Positions 10,339 to 21,619 of a stretch of 64,000 nucleotides of DNA are shown here, one piece after another; positions within the stretch are counted from its first letter, which is position 1, and each line of letters starts with the position of its first letter. The notes beneath the pieces were generated by a model. That model was given only the letters and a program-made list of their open reading frames with translations, had not been told where the DNA came from and searched no databases. Source of the DNA: an uncultured Methylobacterium sp. (GTDB lineage: Bacteria > Pseudomonadota > Alphaproteobacteria > Rhizobiales > Beijerinckiaceae); contig NZ_CAXTBY010000003.1 in NCBI RefSeq assembly GCF_964242245.1, forward strand, positions 31,294 to 95,293. Reading direction: 5' to 3'. The position numbers and the translations under genes are program-made.

Positions 10339-10455
10339 ATGACCCTCTTCCTTATCGGACTGGCGATCGCTCTGGTGATCGTCGGCTCGGCTGGCATCTA
10401 CGCCAAGCAGGCTCTCATCGACGACGCCAAGTCTCAGACCGGCGGCTACTTCTGA
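10339..10455 (+). CDS. small hydrophobic ORF (38 aa), unannotated in the track
   Basis: ATG 10339 is preceded by GGAG (10327-10330). Translation is MTLFLIGLAIALVIVGSAGIYAKQALIDDAKSQTGGYF*, one TM helix, and nearly all codons end in G/C. Lies in the fabB-fabI gap. Confidence 0.35.
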   Translation: MTLFLIGLAIALVIVGSAGIYAKQALIDDAKSQTGGYF

Positions 10456-10612
10456 GGCCATCGGCGCGATCGATCCGAGCCGAAGCCACGTCGCGGGATT
10501 TCTCCTCTCAGCATCCGGTCCGGCCACCCGATTGGACACTGCGCCGACCCGCGCCTAAGCCTCCCGGTCGGCATCCGTTGCGGGATCGGGGAGCGCCGGA
10601 GTCGAGGATCGT

Positions 10613-11443
10613 ATGACGGGTTTGATGGCGGGCAAGCGCGGCCTGATCATGGGCGTGGCCAACGACCACTCGATCGGCTGGGGCATCGCCAGGACGCTGC
10701 ACCGGCACGGGGCGAGCCTCGCCTTCACCTACCAGGGCGAGGCACTCGGGCGCCGGGTCACGCCGCTGGCCCGGCAGCTCGATTCGGACATCGTCCTCCC
10801 CTGCGACGTCGAGGACCTCGCCTCCGTCGACGCGACCTTCGCGGCCCTGGATGCGCGCTTCGGCGGAACCCTGGACTTCGTGGTCCACGCCATCGGCTTC
10901 TCGGACAAGGCGCAGTTGAAGGGCCGCTACGTCGACGTGACCACCCGCGAGAACTTCTCGCGCACCATGGCGATCTCATGCTTCTCCTTCACCGAGATCG
11001 CGCAGCGGGCGGCGCGGCGCATGCGGGAGGGCGGCTCGCTGCTGACGCTGACCTACGGCGGCTCGACCCGGGTGATGCCGAACTACAACGTCATGGGCGT
11101 GGCTAAGGCGGCGCTGGAGGCCTCGGTCCGCTACCTCGCCACGGACCTCGGCCCCGACGGCATCCGCGTCAACGCCCTCTCGGCCGGCCCGATGCGGACG
11201 CTGGCCGGCGCCGGCATTGCCGATGCGCGCCTGATGTTCAACCACCAGAAGGCGCACGCCCCCCTGCGGCGCACGGTGACGCTGGACGACGTCGGCGGCT
11301 CGGCCCTCTACCTGCTCTCCGATCTCTCCGGCGGCGTCACCGGCGAGGTGCACTTCGTCGATTCGGGCTACAACATCATCTCGATGCCGCGCCCCGATGT
11401 CCTCCAGGCCCAGGACGAGGCCGGGGTGGTCGGCGACGCCTGA
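10613..11443 (+). CDS. fabI: enoyl-ACP reductase (NADH)
   Basis: GKRGLIMGVANDHSIGWGIA and the catalytic YNVMGVAKAALE (Y-x6-K). Confidence 0.9.
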   Translation: MTGLMAGKRGLIMGVANDHSIGWGIARTLHRHGASLAFTYQGEALGRRVTPLARQLDSDIVLPCDVEDLASVDATFAALDARFGGTLDFVVHAIGFSDKAQLKGRYVDVTTRENFSRTMAISCFSFTEIAQRAARRMREGGSLLTLTYGGSTRVMPNYNVMGVAKAALEASVRYLATDLGPDGIRVNALSAGPMRTLAGAGIADARLMFNHQKAHAPLRRTVTLDDVGGSALYLLSDLSGGVTGEVHFVDSGYNIISMPRPDVLQAQDEAGVVGDA

Positions 11444-11476
11444 CTCCCCCACGGGGTTGCCGGGGCAACCTATCGC

Positions 11477-11716
11477 TCATCGCGGGATGCGGCCCGGCGG
11501 CAGCGGAGCCTGCGTGCGCGGCACGCGCCGCACAAGCCGTCGCGTGCGCGGCTCGACGATCGTCGGCGGCACCGAGGGGTAGTTCGACGCGAACGGGTTC
11601 GAGGGCACGCCGGAGGCGGGAAGCCCCGCGCTGCCGCCGGCAAATCCCGCACCCTGCGCGAGGGCGGGCAGCGGAGCCGCCGCGATCAGGGCTGCGAGGG
11701 CGAAGCGGAACGGCAT
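11477..11716 (-). CDS. small secreted protein (about 79 aa)
   Basis: Internal ATG at 11716 with GGAGAG upstream. Signal peptide MPFRFALAALIAAAPLPALAQG. No recognisable family. Confidence 0.45.
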   Translation of the reverse strand: MPFRFALAALIAAAPLPALAQGAGFAGGSAGLPASGVPSNPFASNYPSVPPTIVEPRTRRLVRRVPRTQAPLPPGRIPR

Positions 11717-11840
11717 GAAGACTCTCCGATGAGGCATCGGCGTCCGGCCGCGCGGGAACGACGGGACGCCGTCGCGGAACCTGCGCCGCGCACGGGGTGT
11801 TCGCGCTGGATCAGGTCTCATCAGCGTTCGGGAGTTTTCG

Positions 11841-12080
11841 ATGTCCGAAGTCACCTACCACATCGTCGAGCACGACGGCGGCTACGCCTACAAAGTTGGC
11901 GATGTCTTCTCCGAGACGTTCCCGAGCCATGCCGACGCGCTTCAGGCCGCGCAGGCGGCCGCCGCCGAGCAGCAGGTTCCCGGATCGACCGAGGGCATCC
12001 GCTACCAGGACGGGGCCGGCGCTTGGCACGACGAGACCGCACCGGGCAACGATCGCCCCACCGCGAAGGTCGAGGACTGA
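11841..12080 (+). CDS. DUF2188-like small protein
   Basis: 79 aa; MSEVTYHIVEHDGGYAYKVGDVFSETFPSHADALQAA matches my memory of DUF2188. Confidence 0.6.
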   Translation: MSEVTYHIVEHDGGYAYKVGDVFSETFPSHADALQAAQAAAAEQQVPGSTEGIRYQDGAGAWHDETAPGNDRPTAKVED

Positions 12081-12112
12081 TCCCGCGCGTCCGAACGGCG
12101 GCACGGTCCGCG

Positions 12113-13648
12113 ATGGCACGCAAGCCGGCCGCATCCGCCCCGAGCCCGCGCCGGACGACATCGTCCGGCGCGGCCAAGCCCCTCAAGGGCGCGCGCCGCA
12201 CGACGCCCTCCCCCGAGACGCTGGCCGCCCTCGGGCCGGATCGGCTGATCGGCCTGATCCTCGGGGAGACGGCGCGCAACCCGGCCTTCAGGAAGCTGGT
12301 GAGCGCGGCACTGGCCGCGCTCCAGGGCCCGGACGCGGTCGCCGCCATCGTCGACCGGCGCCTCGCAGCTCTGGAGGGCGCGCGCGGCTACATCGACTGG
12401 CAGAAGCGCCGGGCCTTCACGACGGACCTCGACGCCACCGTCACGGTGATCCTCTCGGAACTGGGTCCCCTCGACCCGCCGGCCGCCCTCGACCGGCTGC
12501 TGCGCTTCCTCGACGGTGCCGACGCGGTGCTCAACCGGGTCGACGACGGCACGGGCGCGATGCAGGGCGTGTACGAGCGCGCCTCCGACGCCGCGGTCGA
12601 GATCGCCGCCGGCCTCGATGCCGTGCAGGCCGGGCGGTTCGCCCTCGCCCTGCTGCCGCGCGTCGCCGCCGATCCCTACGGTCCGTTCGGCCGCCTGATC
12701 CGCGACCTCGTCCCGCGCCTGCCCGCAGAGGCGCTCGCGCCTCTCGATGCCGGCCTAGCCGAGGCGGCCGAGGCGCTGGCGCCAACCGAGGCGCCGCGGG
12801 CGGGCAAGGGCGGCGAGGCGGTCGCGTTCCGTCGCGACCTGCACCGCGTCCACCTGCTGCGGGTCCGCCAGGACATCGCGGATCGGCGCGGCGACGTCGA
12901 CGGTTACGTCGCGCTGGAGCGCGCGATCATGCCCGAGCGCCCGGACCCCCTGGAGATCGCCCGGCGCCTGCTCGACGCGGACCGCGTGGGCGAAGCGCTG
13001 GACTGGGTCCGCCGTCCGCAGCCGTCCCGCCTGCGCGTGGTGACCCGGGAGATGCTGACGGCCGGCGACTTCGACGCGGCGGCACCGGAGCGCGAGCGAT
13101 TGCATCTCGAGATCCGCATCCTCGACGCGCTGGGACGCGGCGCCGACGCGCAGGCGCTGCGCTGGACGGGCTTCGAGGCGATGCGCGATGCCGGGATGCT
13201 GCGCGACCACCTCGCCAAGCTCCCCGACTTCGAGGACGAGGAGGCGCTGGAGCGCGCCCTCGACCACGTGGGCCGCGACGCGGACCCGCACCGGGCGCTG
13301 GCCTTCCTCGTCGACTGGCCGAGCCTGGACCGGGCGGCGCGCCTCGTCTGCGACCATCGCGATGCGTGGCGGGGCGAGCATTACCGGCTGCTCGGCAGGG
13401 CGGCCGAGGCCCTGGGGGAGGACCATCCGCTCGCGGCGACGCTGCTCTATCGCCGCCTCATCGACGACATCCTCGGCCAGGGACGCAGCACCGCCTACCC
13501 GCACGCCGCCCGCTACCTGCTGGAACTCGACGGCCTCGCGGGGCGCCTCGGTCCCGCCGCGCTCGACCCCGACCCGAACAGCTACCGCGCGGCGCTGCGA
13601 CGAGCGCACGGGCGAAAGCACGGATTTTGGAGCTTGCTGAAGGCATGA
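12113..13648 (+). CDS. conserved hypothetical protein, Ala/Leu-rich helical
   Basis: 511 aa from ATG 12113. G/C-ending codon bias is sustained throughout. The 128 upstream codons of track ORF 11729-13648 overlap the DUF2188 gene and are discarded. Confidence 0.55.
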   Translation: MARKPAASAPSPRRTTSSGAAKPLKGARRTTPSPETLAALGPDRLIGLILGETARNPAFRKLVSAALAALQGPDAVAAIVDRRLAALEGARGYIDWQKRRAFTTDLDATVTVILSELGPLDPPAALDRLLRFLDGADAVLNRVDDGTGAMQGVYERASDAAVEIAAGLDAVQAGRFALALLPRVAADPYGPFGRLIRDLVPRLPAEALAPLDAGLAEAAEALAPTEAPRAGKGGEAVAFRRDLHRVHLLRVRQDIADRRGDVDGYVALERAIMPERPDPLEIARRLLDADRVGEALDWVRRPQPSRLRVVTREMLTAGDFDAAAPERERLHLEIRILDALGRGADAQALRWTGFEAMRDAGMLRDHLAKLPDFEDEEALERALDHVGRDADPHRALAFLVDWPSLDRAARLVCDHRDAWRGEHYRLLGRAAEALGEDHPLAATLLYRRLIDDILGQGRSTAYPHAARYLLELDGLAGRLGPAALDPDPNSYRAALRRAHGRKHGFWSLLKA

Positions 13649-13706
13649 CCACGCTTGGCACGACCGGCGAACGAATCGTTGTCGGATGTACGTGAAGTGG
13701 CACAGC

Positions 13707-15023
13707 TCAGTTCGTTATACGCACGGACGCGAGAGCTGCACTGAAGAGTTGCTGCATAGCTTGGTTGATGTCACCATTTGTCGCAACAGGGAAGTAAAGC
13801 CCGTCCGTAGCGCAACTCTTGAGCAGAGGACCTATATTATTTTCAAACGGCTTTACGTTTGAATTGTAAAAATCGTTGTCGTAGAGTGGCAGATATTGTG
13901 TGTAGATGATTCCGATTTTGATGTTTCTATCCTTCATCGTCTTGCAGGTAGCTGGATTGATTGCACTGATGAAGCGATTGTTATTGATCTTGAATCCTGC
14001 GCTCTGGTTGCTCACGGTGCCGTCGATAGGGGTATCCTGCACGCCATCGGTTACGAAGAACAGGAACCGGATGGGCGTGGCAGCCGTCACACCATTGCCG
14101 CTTGCCGGGACGGTGCTGGTCATCTTGCTGATTGCGCGCTCATAGGCTGTCTGGCTATCGCGCTGATCCTGATAGGAGTAGGCCAGATCGATCTGACCTG
14201 AAGCCGTCTTCACCTGATCGAGATTGGGTGTCAGTTGGATGAGCTGGGTTTGGAAGTCGCTGAAGGTCCACATTTCCATACGGAACTGCTGTGGCAAGCT
14301 CATGCTCGACTTGGCGGAGTCAACAAGGTTGGACACCGCGTCGCGCAGAACCTGGATACGCAGCTTGATGTTGTTCCGCTTGGCAATGTTATAGTTGTCG
14401 TTAACGTTCTCGGTGCCGTTGCTATTGAGAAGATGGCAGGCAAAAGCGCAGCCGCCTGCTACCCGCTGCATGTTGGCAATGTCGTTGGCAGTGGCGGCCA
14501 GCCCCATGGAAGGCGAATTATCGAGAAGCAGGTAGAAGTCGATGTACTGCGCCACGTTGCGCACGCTGCCGGACTGGCCTGCGATGCGCATCGTGGCCAC
14601 GTTCATCATGCTGCTGAGCGTGGTTCGGACGGTCGCCGTGTAGCTGGCAGTCACCCCGACCTGCGTGACACCGGGAACCGGGACAGGGTCGAAAGACGTG
14701 ATCGTCACGCCCTGTACCTTGGCTGCATCCGCCATGAACTGCGTGCGAGCGCTGTTCAGCATATCGGGCGTGATCGTGTTCGTCTTCTGGGCGATGACAC
14801 CGAGGACCGCGGCATCCACGGCCGCGTCGAGCTGAGCTTTGGCGGCGTTGCGCCGGCCATAATCGATGGCCGCCCCCGTGGCGAACAGGATCGGGATACT
14901 GAGCACCGCGAAGGTGATGGCTACGTTTCCGGCTTGTGCGCGCGCAAAGCGGCGGAGACCGGCCTCGCCGCGCTGAGCTTCCGCGGTGAGCCGCGCCAGC
15001 AACCACATCAGAAATTCGGGCAT
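13707..15023 (-). CDS. TadG-like pilus-assembly protein with von Willebrand A domain
   Basis: ATG 15023 with GGGAGG 6 nt upstream. N-terminal Tad motif GNVAITFAVLSIPILFATGAAIDYGR and MIDAS motif LLLDNSPSMG. The 3' half is visibly AT-rich. Confidence 0.8.
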   Translation of the reverse strand: MPEFLMWLLARLTAEAQRGEAGLRRFARAQAGNVAITFAVLSIPILFATGAAIDYGRRNAAKAQLDAAVDAAVLGVIAQKTNTITPDMLNSARTQFMADAAKVQGVTITSFDPVPVPGVTQVGVTASYTATVRTTLSSMMNVATMRIAGQSGSVRNVAQYIDFYLLLDNSPSMGLAATANDIANMQRVAGGCAFACHLLNSNGTENVNDNYNIAKRNNIKLRIQVLRDAVSNLVDSAKSSMSLPQQFRMEMWTFSDFQTQLIQLTPNLDQVKTASGQIDLAYSYQDQRDSQTAYERAISKMTSTVPASGNGVTAATPIRFLFFVTDGVQDTPIDGTVSNQSAGFKINNNRFISAINPATCKTMKDRNIKIGIIYTQYLPLYDNDFYNSNVKPFENNIGPLLKSCATDGLYFPVATNGDINQAMQQLFSAALASVRITN

Positions 15024-15631
15024 TTCGAGCCTCCCGGCATGATGACCTCGCCCTTGTCGAGGCGCTGTGCCCACGAGATCCGCCGGCTGAACACCAAGCC
15101 TCTCGTACCGAAGATCCACCGGTAGAGGTTCGAACCAATGATCGGCGTGTAAGAGAGCGAGACCTCGGCCAGCACGTACCGGGCGCCGTCGTACTGGAAG
15201 GTCGTGGGCGTTACGGGCAGGCCGTTGGTGCCATTGATCGTGAGTACGGGGCGGGCGTTCTGCGGGTAGCTGGAGCAAACGCCGCCATAGAACGTCCCCG
15301 CGACGCTCTCGACGCCCATGGCATGAATGGCAACCTGCAGACTTGCTGTCGGGTAGGGCCGCATGATGGCGCCTGCCGCGTTGAGGATCGTGGCCATGTC
15401 GCCCGTCGTTGGGCTGCCGTTGGTTGCCCGTCCCGAGAGGTCGGCGATCGTGCGTGCGTAGAGCGTGACCTTGCGGCCGGTATCGATGGCGCGCGCGAGC
15501 TCTGTCAGCCCGAAGTAGATCGACACGAGGAGGGGCAGCACCATCGCGAATTCGAGGGCGGCCACGCCGCGTGCGTCAGCTCGGAAGCAAGCTGGGCGGC
15601 CAACATGCCAGGGCTGTCGAAGCGCACTCAT
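15008..15631 (-). CDS. TadE-like protein
   Basis: ATG 15631 overlaps the upstream stop (ATGA). TadE N-terminal motif ARGVAALEFAMVLPLLV. The 3' end overlaps the tadG-like start by 16 nt. Confidence 0.75.
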   Translation of the reverse strand: MSALRQPWHVGRPACFRADARGVAALEFAMVLPLLVSIYFGLTELARAIDTGRKVTLYARTIADLSGRATNGSPTTGDMATILNAAGAIMRPYPTASLQVAIHAMGVESVAGTFYGGVCSSYPQNARPVLTINGTNGLPVTPTTFQYDGARYVLAEVSLSYTPIIGSNLYRWIFGTRGLVFSRRISWAQRLDKGEVIMPGGSKCPNF

Positions 15632-16305
15632 GAGCCGGACGGGCAGGCCGCCGTCGAGTTGAACGGCTCGACCTGGAAGACGGTGGCCGCTTGGAGAACG
15701 CGGCGGCGGTTGGGCAGGGTGGCGTAGGCCGAGCCCAGCAGTGGGAAATAGACTGGTACGTCGATGACCGCCTGGACGACGACCACGTCGTTGGCGCGCG
15801 CGCAGGTGTAGGACTGGAAGCTTGCGTTCCAGTCCGAGACACCGGTTCTCGGGTCCGTCACCGTCGATTGTGAGGGCGTAGCCGCATCGAAGCTGGCAGC
15901 CTTGGTGATGCTGACCCGCACGCTGCCGCAGGGAAAGGTGGTCATGCGCGCCCGCCCGCCGGGGAAGCACATGGCGGTGCGGAAGTTTTTGAGCAACGTC
16001 GTTGTGTCGGTCGTACCGACGTTGGCTGTCTGAAACTGGCCCGTGTAGATCTGGCGCCCTGCCTCAGTCACCGCCTGCTGAAGGATCTCCTGCCCGAAGT
16101 AGGTCAGACCAGCCTCAAGGGAGGCTCCGGCAAGTGCCAGGAAGGGCATCGCCACAAGGGCGAATTCGACGGCCGTTGCACCGCTCTGGGTTCGCGAAAA
16201 GGTCCGAATGGCGCGCCAGAGCGCGCGGTAAACAGGGGACTGGCACACTATCGCAGCTGTCGTTCCGGGGGCCGCTACTCTTGCAGCCTGAGGACACATC
16301 CACAT
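15628..16305 (-). CDS. TadE-like protein
   Basis: TadE motif SGATAVEFALVAMPFLAL. Start is uncertain (ATG 16305 or 16299). Confidence 0.7.
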   Translation of the reverse strand: MWMCPQAARVAAPGTTAAIVCQSPVYRALWRAIRTFSRTQSGATAVEFALVAMPFLALAGASLEAGLTYFGQEILQQAVTEAGRQIYTGQFQTANVGTTDTTTLLKNFRTAMCFPGGRARMTTFPCGSVRVSITKAASFDAATPSQSTVTDPRTGVSDWNASFQSYTCARANDVVVVQAVIDVPVYFPLLGSAYATLPNRRRVLQAATVFQVEPFNSTAACPSGS

Positions 16306-16675
16306 CGTCCGCGCGTCCCATAGCTGTCCGCGAGCCCTCCGCCGAGGCGTGGCAGGTGACGGTCGACGCATGCGTACAGGATGAGCCTTGCTAATCCGTT
16401 GCGTAGGTTGTCGAGATCTCCTACCGACGTTGCCCGACGGCCTTGACGTGGCGGAGCTGCCCGACTGACATCTGCCCAGCGGTGCGACCTGTCGCCGCCC
16501 CTCGGTCGCGCACGCGCGCAACAAGGCGGAGAACTATCCGTTACAGACCTCACGCCTGGGTGCCAAAACATCAGCTTGGCTCTCAGCATTCTGGCATACG
16601 CCGACCCCTACAGGCCGGCACCCCTGATAACCTGGGGGTGACCAGTCTCCTGACCCTCGAACGGCTGGCGATCAT

Positions 16676-17133
16676 GAGCAATCCTCGCCAAATCCTGTTG
16701 AGCACGCGCATCCGTTCATCGGCCTTCTTCGGGGGTGTAACCGGCGTCACACGGATGAACCCCGCCGCCTCGGCGCGTTGCGCCACGCCCATCCCGAAGA
16801 CCTTCGAGATCGCGCTCGTGCTCGACAACACCGGATCGATGGCCGACGCGGGCGGCGACGGTGTGACGAAGATTGCGGCGCTGAAGAGCGCCGCCAAGAC
16901 CTTCGTCAACTACGTGTTCAAGAACCCGGCCTCCGCGGCGGGCACGAAGATGTCCATCGTCCCGTTCGCGGCTGCCGTCGCGGTCGATCCCGGGACCTAC
17001 CGCACCGCCTCCTGGGTCGATCAGAGCGGCAAGTCAGCCTATCGCTGGACGAACGTGACGGGCGCCTCCGTGGCCGGATTCACCGGCCGCTTTGACATCT
17101 TCAGCAAGCTCCAGGCTGAGCGATCTGGAGCAT
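16676..17133 (+). pseudogene. truncated TadG-related vWA fragment
   Basis: Has the MIDAS-like FEIALVLDNTGSMADAGGDGVTKIAALKSAAKTFV and KMSIVPFAAAVAV. It lacks the N-terminal Tad/TM segment and everything after about 17130, where the reading frame degenerates. Confidence 0.5.
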
Positions 17134-17166
17134 CTTCCATGATCTTCGGATCACGGAAGATGCTCC
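17127..17166. repeat. long inverted repeat / hairpin (17 of 18 bp stem, TTCG loop)
   Basis: GGAGCATCTTCCATGATC-TTCG-GATCACGGAAGATGCTCC. Lies 80 nt downstream of the glycoside hydrolase stop and exactly at the breakpoint of the vWA fragment. Confidence 0.6.
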
Positions 17167-17245
17167 AATTCCTTGTGCGGTCGCATTTTCTTCATGCGAG
17201 CCGGCATCCACCTCGCTGGAAAATGCTCCAGCGCATCGCCATCGA

Positions 17246-19918
<2,673 letters not shown>

Positions 19919-20189
19919 GTCCGGGAAGGCCTCCGTTCAGGCACGCGATCCGGCCACGCCGTCTCCGACCCGAGACGACGTGTCAGCTTGGCCGGCGGCG
20001 CGCACCTGCAAGGGACGAGCCGGGATCGGTCGTCGCCCCCGCGCCACCCTGTGCTCCAGCCCCTTCCGACGGTTCGGTCCCTGTGAGTCCGCGGGTGTAA
20101 CCGCGTCATGCGGCGCGCGAAGACGTCACGCGATGATTGCCTGATCCGGGGCAAACCTTGCCCGGCATCCTTCAGGGACCGTTCGACGC

Positions 20190-20912
20190 ATGATCCTGAA
20201 TCGCCGAACCGTCCTGCATGCGCTCGCGATGCCGCTGCTCGTCGCGGCGCCGGCCGCCGAGGCGGCCACCACCGACCTCGTCCTGGCCTGCGACACCGCC
20301 CTGGCGCCGGTGCTGAGCGCCGCAGCGGAGCGGTACTTCGAGACCGCGCGCCTCCGGGTCCGGGTGTTTCCGACCGGGCCGGGCCTGCTGATCCCGCAGA
20401 TCGCGCGGGCCGTGCAGAACGACCTGCTGTTCACGCAGACGCACATCATGAACGCCGCCGCGACGGCGAAGCTGCTCGCGGGCGCGCCGCGGGGGACGTG
20501 GCGCAACCCCCTGGTCCTGGCCGCAGCCCGCGGCGCAGGGGCGCCTGCGCTGCGGGGCCGGATCGCGGTGTCGGACCCGACGCCGGGCTCCGACATGGAC
20601 GGCCCGGCGATCATCACGGCGATGAACCTCGGTGAGCGCGCGATCCTCGGGGTGATCGACACCGAGGAGGTCGCCTTCCTGATCGCCCGCGGCGAGGCCG
20701 AGGCCGGGCTGCTGCACGTGAGCGACGTGAGGCGCCGCCCGGACCTGGAGGTCATCAGGACCGTGCCGGCCGCGGTCGCGCCGCCCCCGACCTACGCGGT
20801 CGCGCCGACGGTGCTGGCGCGGCGGCCGAACCCGGCCGGCTTCATCGACTTCCTGATCTCCCCCGAGGGACGGGCCGCGCTCGCGGCGCAGGGGCTGGAG
20901 ACCGACGCATGA
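20190..20912 (+). CDS. ModA-like periplasmic substrate-binding protein (no cognate permease/ATPase nearby)
   Basis: Signal peptide MILNRRTVLHALAMPLLVAAPAAEA. PBP type-2 features similar to molybdate-binding proteins. The stop overlaps the next ATG (ATGA 20909-20912). Confidence 0.6.
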   Translation: MILNRRTVLHALAMPLLVAAPAAEAATTDLVLACDTALAPVLSAAAERYFETARLRVRVFPTGPGLLIPQIARAVQNDLLFTQTHIMNAAATAKLLAGAPRGTWRNPLVLAAARGAGAPALRGRIAVSDPTPGSDMDGPAIITAMNLGERAILGVIDTEEVAFLIARGEAEAGLLHVSDVRRRPDLEVIRTVPAAVAPPPTYAVAPTVLARRPNPAGFIDFLISPEGRAALAAQGLETDA

Positions 20913-21619
20913 GCACGACGCGCGGCGGCGTAACGGAGCACCCGACCGGCGTCCAGACCCACGCGCTTCCCGTGCGCATCGCGCACTGGGGCATGGCGGC
21001 GGCCATCCTGGTCATGATCGGCAGCGGCTGGCGGATCTACAACGCCGAGCCGATCTTCCCCTTCACCTTTCCGGACTGGGCGACGCTGAGCGGCGATGTC
21101 GACCAATCGCTCGCCATCCACGGCGATCCGGGCGTCGCGACCGCGATCGCGTGGCACTTCTCCGGGATGTGGCTGCTGGTCGCGAGCGTCCTGCTGTTTG
21201 TCGGCTACGGCGTGGTCTCCGGCCACTTCCGCAGGGACTTCCTGCCCGTGGGTCCGGTCTCGTTCCTGCGCGACTTCATCGCTGCGGCACGCTTCCGTCT
21301 GGAGCACCGGCTCGGCGCGTACAACGCGGTGCAGAAGGCGTTCTACTGGGGCGTGCTGGTAATGCTGGTCGTGGTCATCGTCTCCGGCATCGCGCTCTGG
21401 AAGCCGGTGCAGACCTACCCGCTGGAGGCCGCTTTGGGCGGCTTCCAGGGCGCGCGCGTCGTCCACTTCCTGGCGATGGCGGCGATCACGCTGTTCCTCG
21501 TCGTCCACCTCGCCCTCGTCGCCCTGGTGCCGAGCACGCTGATCGCGATGATCACCGGCCGCTACGGGCACGCCGCGCCCGCCGCTGAGCCGATCCCACC
21601 GGCCGGAGCGCCCCGATGA
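20909..21619 (+). CDS. b-type dihaem cytochrome membrane subunit (cytochrome b561 / YedZ-like)
   Basis: Four TM segments, each with a His (RIAHWGM, IAWHFSG, VVHFLAM, VVHLALV). ATGA overlaps at both ends. Confidence 0.75.
   Translation: MSTTRGGVTEHPTGVQTHALPVRIAHWGMAAAILVMIGSGWRIYNAEPIFPFTFPDWATLSGDVDQSLAIHGDPGVATAIAWHFSGMWLLVASVLLFVGYGVVSGHFRRDFLPVGPVSFLRDFIAAARFRLEHRLGAYNAVQKAFYWGVLVMLVVVIVSGIALWKPVQTYPLEAALGGFQGARVVHFLAMAAITLFLVVHLALVALVPSTLIAMITGRYGHAAPAAEPIPPAGAPR

Noticed and set aside
8910-10397. Long antisense or overlapping ORFs in the track, e.g. 1537-2754, 2456-3637, 8910-10397, 17252-19126, 26060-27640, 37008-39212, 44839-46398, 52931-54670 and 57285-58364
   Set aside because: They lie opposite or out of frame to genes with clear family motifs. 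They translate to Arg/Pro/Gly/Ala-rich low-complexity sequence. Such ORFs are expected by chance in DNA this GC-rich, where stop codons are rare.
11729-12112. Upstream extension of the 511-aa hypothetical protein, and the parallel 632-aa ORF 11797-13695
   Set aside because: The extension overlaps the well-supported DUF2188 gene. The parallel ORF is an Arg/Pro/Gly-rich alternate frame of the same DNA.
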